Position numbers and translations under genes: made by a program. Below are positions 51,815-60,324 of a DNA stretch of 64,000 nucleotides, piece by piece. The DNA lies in NCBI GenBank assembly GCA_963763775.1, contig CAVXPZ010000001.1, positions 1,056,001 to 1,120,000 of the forward strand, given 5' to 3'. How positions within the stretch are numbered: the first letter of the stretch is position 1; the number at the start of each line of letters is the position of its first letter. Under the pieces are notes generated by a model. That model saw only the letters and a list, made by a program, of their open reading frames with translations, was not told the origin of the DNA and did no database searches. Origin of the DNA: an uncultured Chloroflexia bacterium. Its GTDB lineage: Bacteria; Chloroflexota; Limnocylindria; Limnocylindrales; CSP1-4.

Positions 51815-52036
51815 ATGACCGTCCAGACGACTGCCCGCCCGGCCACATCGCGCACCCGCGTCGCGCCGTTGCTCGTGGTGATCATCGCGATCGTCGCCTT
51901 CGCCGCGGGGCTCGGCCTCGCGAACATCACGCACGCCAGCACGGCATCCACGGCCGCTGCCGGCGCCGGCGCCGCCGCAGCCGCCGCCCCGACCTTCGAC
52001 GCGGTCCAGTTCCGCGCCGAGGAGCGCCAGCCCTAA
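51815..52036 (+). CDS. Small single-TM or secreted protein (73 aa), Ala-rich, ending FDAVQFRAEERQP
   Basis: GAGGGGAG RBS; hydrophobic segment LLVVIIAIVAFAAGLGLA. Confidence 0.7.
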   Translation: MTVQTTARPATSRTRVAPLLVVIIAIVAFAAGLGLANITHASTASTAAAGAGAAAAAAPTFDAVQFRAEERQP

Positions 52037-52106
52037 GACCATCGCGGGGCGACCCCCCGCCCGAACCACGCTTTCCAGGCGTCGCGCGCAGGTGACGCCG
52101 CCGAGT

Positions 52107-52140
52107 CGAGGCCGTCCGCGGACAACCGCGGACGGCCTCG
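52107..52140. terminator. Perfect 15-bp hairpin CGAGGCCGTCCGCGG-ACAA-CCGCGGACGGCCTCG
   Basis: Between convergent genes; no long U-tract. Confidence 0.6.
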
Positions 52141-52180
52141 TTCCGTGCCGGCTCCAAGGGTCCGGGCAGCTCCACGTCGC

Positions 52181-52309
52181 AGCACGATCGCGTGCCAAGC
52201 GACCGACGAGTGGGCCTGGAGACCGACCTTGGCCGCCGATCGGCTCGAACGGCTGGCCAGCCGACACTGGAGCGCGGGCTCCGCCGTCTGATGGGGCGGC
52301 ACCCGTGCC
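52181..52309. repeat. ~129-bp REP/MITE-like element, copy 2 (direct orientation, more decayed symmetry)
   Basis: 85/120 ungapped identities to 49501-49620 by hand count; both copies end in CCGTGCC. Confidence 0.8.
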
Positions 52310-52368
52310 AGAGACCAGAGGACCACCGTGGCGCGGGCGGAAGACGGGCCGGCGGGACCGGCGAGCGC

Positions 52369-53211
52369 CTACCGGACGAGTTTCAGCAACGTCTCGTGGT
52401 GCGCGGGCGGGGCCGCGAAGATGCCGACCGACTTGGGGGCGAACGCGACGTCGAACCACGGGCCGCCGTCCATCGAGGTGACCGTGGCTCCGGCCCGCTC
52501 GGCGATCAGCCCGGCGGCCGCGACGTCCCAGGCGTTCAGGCCGCCCTGCTGGAGCATCGCGTCGAAGCGGCCGTTGCCGACGTAGGCGAGCGCGAGGGCC
52601 GCGGACCCCATGTTGCGCGAGATCCGGATCGCCTTCTGGACGTTCCGCGAACGGGTCGCCACCGAGCGCCCGTTGAGCGACATCGAGATGACGAAGTCGG
52701 AGAGCTTGTCCTTGGCCGATGCGTGGATCGGCCGACCATCGAGCGTGGCCGGGCCGTCGGCCGTGGCCGCGAACGTCTCGCGGCGCGACGGATCGTGGAT
52801 GACGCCGACGGCGGGCCGTCCGTCCACGACCATCGCGATCGACACGCAGAAGAACGGGATGCCGTTCGCGTAGTTGATCGTGCCGTCGAGCGGGTCGACG
52901 ATCCAGACGCGGCCGCGCCCGGACGTCGGCGCCTCGCCGGCCTTCGCATCGTGCCCGCCGGTCTCCTCGGCGAGGAGCGCGTCGCCCGGGTAGCGCGCCC
53001 GGACCGCGTCGAGGATGAGCGCCTCCGAGAGATGGTCCGCCTCGGTCACGACGTCGCGGGCGCTCTTGTAGTCGATCTGCTCCAGCCGCTCGTACCGATC
53101 CATCTGGAGTTCGCCGGCACGGACCGCGAGCGACACGGCGTAGGCGAGTTCGTCGGCGTAGACCGAGGGGCTCGTCGAAGCGGCGGCGTCCGTCGTCCCG
53201 GGTGCGGTCAC
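52369..53211 (-). CDS. Inositol monophosphatase family protein
   Basis: 'VTEAD', 'AEE', 'WIVDPLDGTINY', 'GSAAL', 'WDVAAA'. Confidence 0.92.
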   Translation of the reverse strand: MTAPGTTDAAASTSPSVYADELAYAVSLAVRAGELQMDRYERLEQIDYKSARDVVTEADHLSEALILDAVRARYPGDALLAEETGGHDAKAGEAPTSGRGRVWIVDPLDGTINYANGIPFFCVSIAMVVDGRPAVGVIHDPSRRETFAATADGPATLDGRPIHASAKDKLSDFVISMSLNGRSVATRSRNVQKAIRISRNMGSAALALAYVGNGRFDAMLQQGGLNAWDVAAAGLIAERAGATVTSMDGGPWFDVAFAPKSVGIFAAPPAHHETLLKLVR

Positions 53212-53726
53212 GGGTGGCTGCACTCGACGTCCAGGTCGCGTGGCGTCGCGCCGAACTCCGTCACCGTCTGGCTGAAGGTGTGCGTGGCGCCCGGGTCGAT
53301 CTGCGGGCTGAGGATGAACGCGCCCTTGCTCCCGTTCCGGTCGAGCGGATCCGTCAACCGGCAGGTCGTCTGTCCGGCGCCGCTCCCCGCGTTGTGGATC
53401 GTCAGCGTGATCGCGAGCCCGGTGCCATCGGCGGACGGCACGACGTTCGCGATCGTCGCGTCGAACGGGCCGACCCCGGCGATCGTGAGTCGCGCCAGCA
53501 AGGCCAGCCCGATGATCCCGACCAGGACCGCGATGAACACCGTCCCGTGGACCTGCGACGCGGACGAGTCGCGAAGCCCGAGCGGGTTGCAGCGCTCGCA
53601 CAGGCCGACGTCGAGCGGCACCGGGGCGCCGCACCGGACGCACGGGTGCGTCATCGGCTTCGGTCCCGGCGCGGCCGGGGCGCCTCCGGGCACGGCCGGC
53701 ACGGGCGCGAGGTCAGGCGTGGTCAC
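53208..53726 (-). CDS. Hypothetical membrane protein: Zn ribbon + TM + small exported Ig-like domain
   Basis: 'CVRCG...LCERC', TM helix, 'LTIHNAG...C...C'. Confidence 0.75.
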   Translation of the reverse strand: MTTPDLAPVPAVPGGAPAAPGPKPMTHPCVRCGAPVPLDVGLCERCNPLGLRDSSASQVHGTVFIAVLVGIIGLALLARLTIAGVGPFDATIANVVPSADGTGLAITLTIHNAGSGAGQTTCRLTDPLDRNGSKGAFILSPQIDPGATHTFSQTVTEFGATPRDLDVECSHP

Positions 53727-53759
53727 GCGACGATGGTGACACGAACCGCAGGAGCCGAC

Positions 53760-54653
53760 CTACCAGCGACCGGCGGCCTCCACGAGCGCGTCGATGTCCG
53801 AGGTCGTCCTCGCCAGCACGATCGCGCCGTCGGCCCCGGCCGCCTGCCAGCGCGCCCACGTTTCGCGCGGCGCCGTGATCCACGGCGAGTCCGCGATGGA
53901 TTCGTCCGCGAGCCACTCCCCCTGGAACCCGACGAACACCTGCTGGTCCTCGCGTCGCTTGCCGGCCTCGGCGAGCGCGTCGAGGTAGATCGGGAGGTTC
54001 GCCTCGAAGTTGTCCTCGAACGCCGTCCAGCCGTCGCCGACTCGAGCAGCCAGCCGCGCACCGTTCGCCGATTCGCCGCCGATCACGATGCGCGGCGCCG
54101 GGTCCGGCTTGGGCCAGGCGTGCGCGGCCTTCAGCGGGTAGTAGGGCGAATCACGGGTGATCGGCCCACCCGTCCACAGGGCTCGGATGACCGCGACGGC
54201 CTCCTCCGCCCGCGCGACACGCTCCGGGGCCGGCGGGAAATCGATCCCGTAGGCCTCGTGCTCTCGCGGGTGCCCACCGATCCCGAGGCCGAGGATGAGC
54301 CGCCCGCCGCTCATGATCTGGAGGGTGGACGCCATGCGCGCCACCACGGTCGGCTCGCGGTTCATGACGTTGAGCACGAACGAGCCGACCTGGATCCGCG
54401 AGGTCGCCCCGGCCGCCACCGCGAGCGCGGTCCAGCCCTCGACGACCGGGACCGTCAGGTCGCCGCGGCCCATGAAGTGGTCCCAGGCCCAGATGTGGGC
54501 ATAGCCGGCCGCGTCGAGTCGCCGAGCGCTCTCGAGCCACCACGTCGGCTCGGCGCGGATGGTCCGGATCGTGACGCCGAGCGGGATCCGGCCGGCATCC
54601 CCCACCGGCGCCTCCCGCGGTGCCGTCCCCGGCGCCGGCTCCGCCTCGGTCAC
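53760..54653 (-). CDS. LLM-class flavin/F420-dependent oxidoreductase
   Basis: 'WAWDHF', 'EGWTAL', 'SGGRLILGLGIG', 'IVIGG'. Confidence 0.9.
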   Translation of the reverse strand: MTEAEPAPGTAPREAPVGDAGRIPLGVTIRTIRAEPTWWLESARRLDAAGYAHIWAWDHFMGRGDLTVPVVEGWTALAVAAGATSRIQVGSFVLNVMNREPTVVARMASTLQIMSGGRLILGLGIGGHPREHEAYGIDFPPAPERVARAEEAVAVIRALWTGGPITRDSPYYPLKAAHAWPKPDPAPRIVIGGESANGARLAARVGDGWTAFEDNFEANLPIYLDALAEAGKRREDQQVFVGFQGEWLADESIADSPWITAPRETWARWQAAGADGAIVLARTTSDIDALVEAAGRW

Positions 54654-55498
54654 AGGCCGGTCTCGAAGAGGCGGATGTCCTCCGCGGCGATCGTGTGGCC
54701 GTCGCCGCGCGTCGGCCCGAGCGCCGCGCGCGCGCCCAGCGCATCGAGGTCAGCCGGGAACCGCCCGATGAGGTCGAGCACGACCTTCTGGATCCGCTCG
54801 GCGTTCGCCGTGAAGACCTCGAGGACATCGGTGGCGTTCACCGCCTCGGTGCCTTCGTGGACGCCGGCGTCATAGTCGGTGATGAGGCTGATGTTGACGA
54901 CGGCGATCCCGAGCTCGCGGCACAGCCACGCCTCGGGGTACTGCGTCATGTTGATGACCTCCCAGCCGGCGTCGCTGAACCACTTCGACTCGGCCTTCGT
55001 CGAGAATCGCGGGCCCTGGATGACGACGACGGTGCCGCGTTCGTGGACCTCGATGCCGTGGTCGCGGATCGTGTCGATCGCCAGCTGGCGCAGGACCGGG
55101 TCGTACGTCTCGGCCGACGAGAGGTGCGTGACGATCGGCCCGTCGAAGAACGTGTCGGTGCGGCCGCTGGTGCGGTCGACGAACTGGTCGCACACGACGA
55201 AGTCGCCGGGCTTGACGGCGAGCTGGAGCGACCCGGCCGCGCATGGCGAGATCACGGCCTTGACGCCGAGCGATCGCATCGCCCAGACGTTCGCCCGGTA
55301 GTTGATCTTGTGCGGCGGGATCGTGTGGCGGCGCCCGTGCCGCGGGAGGAACGCGACCCGTCGTCCGGCCACGTCGGCGAGGAAGATCGAGTCCGACGGC
55401 GGCCCGTACGGTGTGTCGACCTTGACCTCGCGGACGTCCTCGAGCAGCGAGTAGAACCCCGAGCCGCCGAAGACGCCGATCTCCGCCGTGTCCGTCAC
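54650..55498 (-). CDS. mtnP: S-methyl-5'-thioadenosine phosphorylase
   Basis: 'IGVFGGSG', 'TPYG', 'PRHG', 'NYRAN', 'GPRFSTKAES', 'INMT', 'TDYD'. Confidence 0.92.
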   Translation of the reverse strand: MTDTAEIGVFGGSGFYSLLEDVREVKVDTPYGPPSDSIFLADVAGRRVAFLPRHGRRHTIPPHKINYRANVWAMRSLGVKAVISPCAAGSLQLAVKPGDFVVCDQFVDRTSGRTDTFFDGPIVTHLSSAETYDPVLRQLAIDTIRDHGIEVHERGTVVVIQGPRFSTKAESKWFSDAGWEVINMTQYPEAWLCRELGIAVVNISLITDYDAGVHEGTEAVNATDVLEVFTANAERIQKVVLDLIGRFPADLDALGARAALGPTRGDGHTIAAEDIRLFETGL

Positions 55499-55669
55499 GT
55501 GTGACCTCCCTGTCCATCGTCGCCGTCGCTCGGCTGTCGATCCGGCGACCGCGGCCGGGCCGACCGATTCTAGGCGGACGGGGCTACGATGGGGGCGAAC
55601 ACTCGTTCGACGCCGATGCGAGGCCACGATGGACGACTCCCCGAACCCGCCCCGGACCCGACCACGCGG

Positions 55670-56069
55670 ATGGACACGCCCGGGACGGGCGGCGTCAGCT
55701 CGACCTTCCAGCCGACGAGTCCGCCGGCCTACGACCCGTCGAGCCCACCCACTTACGCTCCTGCAGGTGCGCCGATGGCGCCCTCCGCGCCCGACCCGGG
55801 ACCGCCCACGTATGTCGCCCCGCCGGCGAGCCCGACGACCCCGCCCACCGCATCGAGCTGGGCACCACCGCGGCAGCACGACAGCGGCGGACGATGGGCA
55901 GGCGTCATCGCCGGGCTGATCCTGCTCGGGCTCGGGCTGTGGTTCTTCGCCGACCGCACGCTCGGCCTCGACATGCCGAACATCCGGTGGAGTCAGCTCT
56001 GGCCGCTGATCCTCATCCTCGTGGGCGCCGTCATCCTCGATCGGCGCGTTCCGCCGAGACCGACGCTGA
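55670..56069 (+). CDS. Pro-rich N-terminus + LiaF/DUF5668-like TM hairpin protein (ends uncertain; probable frameshift near 56038)
   Basis: 'GLILLGLGLWFF...WSQLWPLILILVG'. Confidence 0.7.
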
Positions 56070-56080
56070 ACGGGGAGGCG

Positions 56081-56781
56081 GTGCCGGGCGGCGGCGAGAA
56101 CGGGGGGCGAGGTAGGTCGACGCAGCGGCGTGGGAGCCGGGCGACGGGTCGCCGACCGATCGCCTGTGGCTCGCCGACTGGCGTCGGCGCGTCGCGGCGC
56201 TCTACGCCGAGGTCCGCGCGATGGCCGCGACCGATCCGGAGACGGCTCACGCCCACTGGCGCGCGGTCCGCGAATGGCTCTACCGCGAACATCCGCAGTC
56301 CCCGGTCAAGGCCGGCGAGCGCCCGTCGTTCGAGGCACGGCATTTCGCCTTCGATCACGCGCTGCGGTTCGTCGCCATGATCGAACCCGCCCCGCCACCG
56401 GCACCCGGGGCGCTCGCCCTGGCGCTGCCGAACAGCGGCGAGGACACGCTCTCGTTCCGCCGAGTCGGGACGGTGACGCTGCCGCTCCCCGGGGAACCGC
56501 GGCAGCTCTCGGTGTTCTGGATGGCGGGGTACGCGGGCGGCCTCTTCATCCCGTTCCGCGACGAGACCAACGGCACCGAGACGTATGGCGCCGGCCGCTA
56601 CCTCGTGGATGCGGCCAAGAGCCACGACCTCGGCGGCGATGCGAGCGCGGGCACCCTGATCCTCGATTTCAACTTCGCCACGCAACCGTCCTGTGCCTTC
56701 GACCCGCGATGGGCGTGCCCGCTCGCCCCGCCGGAGAACCGCCTCGCCCTGCCGATCCGCGCGGGTGAGCGGCTCGCCTGA
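56081..56781 (+). CDS. DUF1684 domain protein (5' end probably frameshifted)
   Basis: 'LADWRR', 'HPQSP', 'FIPFRDETNGTETYGAGRYL', 'LDFN...PSC...CPLAPPEN...AGE'. Confidence 0.88.
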
Positions 56782-56803
56782 CGATGGCCTGAGGGCGACG
56801 TTC

Positions 56804-57334
56804 GTGCCCACCGGCGACGAGGTCCGACTCGCCACGCCCGATGACGCGGCCGCGATCGCCGACGCCCACGTCCGCGGGTGGCTCACCGCGTACCGCGGGC
56901 TCGTCCCGGACTCGATCCTGGCGGGGTTCTCCGTCGAGCGACGGACCGCGCAGTGGCGAGATCGGCTGGCCGCCGTGACGCCGACGGATGCCGCCCGGAC
57001 CTGGGTGGTCGTCGGAGAGGGGCGCGTGCTCGGGTTCGCGGATACCGGACCCGGCCGCGACGAATCGGCTCCCCCGCCCGACGGCGCGGGCGAGGTCTAT
57101 GCGATCTACCTCGCCCCGGAGGCGCGCGGTCGCGGGCACGGCCGGGCGCTCTTCGGACACGCCGTCGCCGACCTCATGGCGCGCGGCTACGACCCGATCG
57201 TGGTGTGGGTCTTCGAGGCCAACCCCGCCGGGCGCCGCTTCTACGAGGCGGCCGGGTTCCGCACGGACGGCGCGCGTTCGACGATCGACTTCGACGGCAC
57301 GCCCGTCGACGAGATCCGCTACCGCCTCGGCTGA
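56804..57334 (+). CDS. GNAT N-acetyltransferase
   Basis: 'VRLATPDDA', 'RGRGHGRAL', 'N..GRRFYEAAGF'. Confidence 0.9.
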   Translation: MPTGDEVRLATPDDAAAIADAHVRGWLTAYRGLVPDSILAGFSVERRTAQWRDRLAAVTPTDAARTWVVVGEGRVLGFADTGPGRDESAPPPDGAGEVYAIYLAPEARGRGHGRALFGHAVADLMARGYDPIVVWVFEANPAGRRFYEAAGFRTDGARSTIDFDGTPVDEIRYRLG

Positions 57335-57575
57335 CGCTGGCGGTCGGCGCGAACTCGGCCCTTCCACGAGTACGACCTGACTTCGTGGGTGGTCACGGCC
57401 GGGGCCGTGCGCTGCTGATCCGCGATCGACGATGGACGCCGTTTGATGCGTGGCGGAGCATCACAACAGGCCGCAGAGGGCGCGGATGCGGCCCTTCGGG
57501 AGGTCCAGTCGCGGCGTAGCGGTCGGCTCGCGACTAGGCGAGAAGCGACAGGGCGCGGGGCAGGAGTGGGACCGC

Positions 57576-58901
57576 GTGCGCACGATCGCACCGGCACGAC
57601 CCGACCGGACCGCCCCAGACCCCACCGTTCCGCCCCGGAGCGGGACCAACGTCCCATCGCCCCCGGACCCTCGGGTGCCCGCCGCCGCCGCGCAGCCGGT
57701 CGATGATGCATCCGTGCGCATCTTCTCCCGGCGCGTGGATCCCGAGCGCCTGCTGTGGTCTCGCGACATCCGGTTCATCAACCGGATCGCGATGATCATC
57801 GACGGCGTGCGCCTGCTCGAGCTCGACTCGGGCACGGTCGTCATCGGGCCGGCCCACATCCTGACCGAGAAGGCCGTCGCCGACGTCGCGGCCGATGCCC
57901 GTCACCCGGAGTACGGCCTCGTGATGGTCGACCCGAGCCGGTCGGAATCGGAACGGTACCTGCTGGCGATGTCAGCCGCGGTCCAGGTCTCGGGTCTCGC
58001 GGACCGCATCGGGATGTCGCAGACCTCGCAGGTCGTGCAGACCAAGATGCTCGACTACTTCTTCAGCCTGCGCGCGCTCCACAGCGTCGCGTTCCAGCCG
58101 ATCGTCGACCTCGCGACCGGCGAGCTGCACGAATACGAGTGCATGTTCCGCCCGCAGATGCCCCAGCTCCCCCAGTCGATCGCCTCGGTGGTCGCCGCCG
58201 CCATCGACACCGAGCGCTCCGTCGAACTCGACATGTTCATCGTCCACACGATCCTCGACCAGGCCGGTCGCCTGGAGGCCGTCGCCCGCGAGAACGGCAA
58301 GGAGCCCCGCCGGTTCGCGGTGAACATGACGCCGGCCAGCCTGCTCGACCCGGGCTTCGGCGCGGCGCAGATCGCGGACATGGTTCGCGCCGTCGGCCTG
58401 TCGCCGTCGCGCATCACGATCGAGTGCACGGAGCAGCAGTCGGTGCCGGATCTCGAGGCGCTCAAGCGTCAGGTCAAGGCCCTCCGCAAGCTCGGGTTCG
58501 GGTTCGCCGTCGACGACGCCGGGGCCGGGTACGCGAGCTTCGCCCTGGTGGCCGCGCTGCGACCCAGCATCATCAAGATCGACCGCGAGATCACGTACGG
58601 GATCAGCCGCGACGAGGCGAAGTACGCGCTGGTCGAGGCGTTCTACCTCTTCAGCCGGCGCATCGATGCCAAGCTCGTCGCCGAGGGCATCGAGAACCGC
58701 GCCGACCTGGCGAAGCTGCGCGAGCTCGGCGTGGACTACGGCCAGGGCTACCTGCTCGGCAAGCCCAAGCCCGAGCCGATGAAGCCGCGCAACCTCACGC
58801 CGAAACCGCGCGTGGCGCGGGTCGCCGGTGTCGCCAAGGCCGCCGGCGTGGCGAAGGTCACGCGCACCGCCGGCTCGACGAGCTCCGCCCGACCGCGCTG
58901 A
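57576..58901 (+). CDS. EAL-domain c-di-GMP phosphodiesterase with an unrecognised N-terminal domain
   Basis: 'FQPI', 'ECMFR', 'AVN', 'IECTE', 'VDDAGAGYAS', 'IKID', 'AEGIE', 'GQGY'; AGGAG RBS. Confidence 0.88.
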   Translation: MRTIAPARPDRTAPDPTVPPRSGTNVPSPPDPRVPAAAAQPVDDASVRIFSRRVDPERLLWSRDIRFINRIAMIIDGVRLLELDSGTVVIGPAHILTEKAVADVAADARHPEYGLVMVDPSRSESERYLLAMSAAVQVSGLADRIGMSQTSQVVQTKMLDYFFSLRALHSVAFQPIVDLATGELHEYECMFRPQMPQLPQSIASVVAAAIDTERSVELDMFIVHTILDQAGRLEAVARENGKEPRRFAVNMTPASLLDPGFGAAQIADMVRAVGLSPSRITIECTEQQSVPDLEALKRQVKALRKLGFGFAVDDAGAGYASFALVAALRPSIIKIDREITYGISRDEAKYALVEAFYLFSRRIDAKLVAEGIENRADLAKLRELGVDYGQGYLLGKPKPEPMKPRNLTPKPRVARVAGVAKAAGVAKVTRTAGSTSSARPR

Positions 58902-58926
58902 CCGGCGCTCGCGTACCATCGAGGGC

Positions 58927-59358
58927 ATGACCAAAGCCCTCTCCGCGCTCTCCCCTCGCGTCCGCGAGTTCCTCAGCACCGGCCGGCACTTCGCGACGAT
59001 CGCGACCATCGACCCCGACGGCGCCCCGCGCCAGGCGGTCATCTGGTACCGGATGGACGGCGATGACGTGATCATCAACTCGCTCGTCGGGCGGCGCTGG
59101 CCGTCGAACCTGCTGCGCGACCCGCGGATCAACGTGGCCGTCACGGACCGCGACGACGGCTACCACTGGGTGGGGATCACGGGGACGGCCGAGCGGGTCG
59201 GCGACCAGGCGGCCGCGCAGGCCGATATCGCGGCGATGGCCCACCACTACGACGGTGACGACCCGGACGACGTCGCGCGGCAGATCCGCCGGTTCTCGTC
59301 GCAGGAGCGGATCTCGTTCCGCGTCCGCGCCTCGGCCGTCCACGACCACCTCGACTGA
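58927..59358 (+). CDS. PPOX-class (FDOR) putative F420-dependent oxidoreductase
   Basis: 'ATIATIDPDGAP', 'NLLRDPRI', 'ERI'. Confidence 0.88.
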   Translation: MTKALSALSPRVREFLSTGRHFATIATIDPDGAPRQAVIWYRMDGDDVIINSLVGRRWPSNLLRDPRINVAVTDRDDGYHWVGITGTAERVGDQAAAQADIAAMAHHYDGDDPDDVARQIRRFSSQERISFRVRASAVHDHLD

Positions 59359-59392
59359 GCACGGAACGAGGCATGGAACGGAGCACGGAACG
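59357..59392. repeat. Three tandem 12-mers (GAGCACGGAACG / AGGCATGGAACG / GAGCACGGAACG)
   Basis: Read directly; fills the PPOX-LLM intergenic gap. Confidence 0.7.
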
Positions 59393-59401
59393 GTGACGAC
59401 G

Positions 59402-60324
59402 ATGCGCTTCGGCCTCCAGCTGTGGTCCCAGCAGACGGACTGGCAGGGCTTCCGGGACGCCGCCCTCGCGGCCGAGGACGCCGGCTGGGACTCGATCTGG
59501 ACGTGGGACCACCTCCTCGCGATCTTCGGGCCGTGGGAGCAGCCGATCTTCGAAGGCTGGATGGTCCTGTCCGGGCTCGCGCCGCTGACCCGTCGGGTCC
59601 GCCTCGGCCTGATGGTCGGCGCCAATACGTTCCGCAACCCCGGCCATACCGCCAAGCTCGCCACCACGCTCGATCACCTCTCGGGTGGCCGCGCGGTCCT
59701 CGGCATCGGCGGCGCGTGGTTCGAGCGCGAGCATGACGCCTTCGGGATCCCCTTCGGCGAGACGCCCGGCTGGCGCCTCGACCGCCTCGACGAGGCCGTG
59801 ATGCTGATGCGCCGCCTCCTCGACGGCGAGCGGTTCAGCCACGACGGCCCGGCCTACCCGATGCACGACGCGCTCTGCGCGCCCCGTCCGGTCCAGCCGC
59901 ACCTCCCGATCCTCGTCGGTGGGTCCGGCCGCAGGAAGACCTTGCGCACCGTCGCCGAGCGCGCCGACGCCTGGAACACGTCCGGCGACGTGGCGACCGT
60001 CCGCGAGACGCTCGAGACACTCCAGGGGCACGCCGCCGACGTCGGCCGCGACCTCACGACGCTCGAGATGACCATCTCCTTCCCGATCATCCTGCGACCC
60101 ACGGCAGCCGCCGCCGAGGCCCGGTACGCGGAGCTGCTGGCGGCCAACGGCACGCCCGACATGGGCCACGGCCCGGTGCTCCTCGGCCCGCCGGAACTCG
60201 TCGCCGATGCGATCCGCCCGTACGGGCCCTCGGCTTCGAGACCGTCATCGTCCGGACGCCCGCCCCGTACGACCGCGAGACCATCGACCGGATGACCGAG
60301 GTCCAGGCACTCCTCGCGACATGA
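59402..60324 (+). CDS. LLM-class F420-dependent oxidoreductase (frameshift near 60228)
   Basis: 'MRFGLQL', 'WTWDHL', 'FRNPG..AK...TLDHLSGGRAVLGIG..W', 'ILVGGSG'. Confidence 0.9.

Noticed and set aside
57335-57575. c-di-GMP-I/II riboswitch upstream of the EAL gene
   Set aside because: The GGCAAA...GAAA...GACGCAAA core and class II features were not found by eye.
3609-60324. Frameshifts in kynU, galK, PBP, FGGY kinase, aminotransferase, GT4, LLM and others as programmed frameshifting or mass pseudogenisation
   Set aside because: They are scattered small indels in otherwise intact conserved genes with no shared slippery motif noticed; sequencing or consensus error is the simplest explanation, though reads are needed to confirm.
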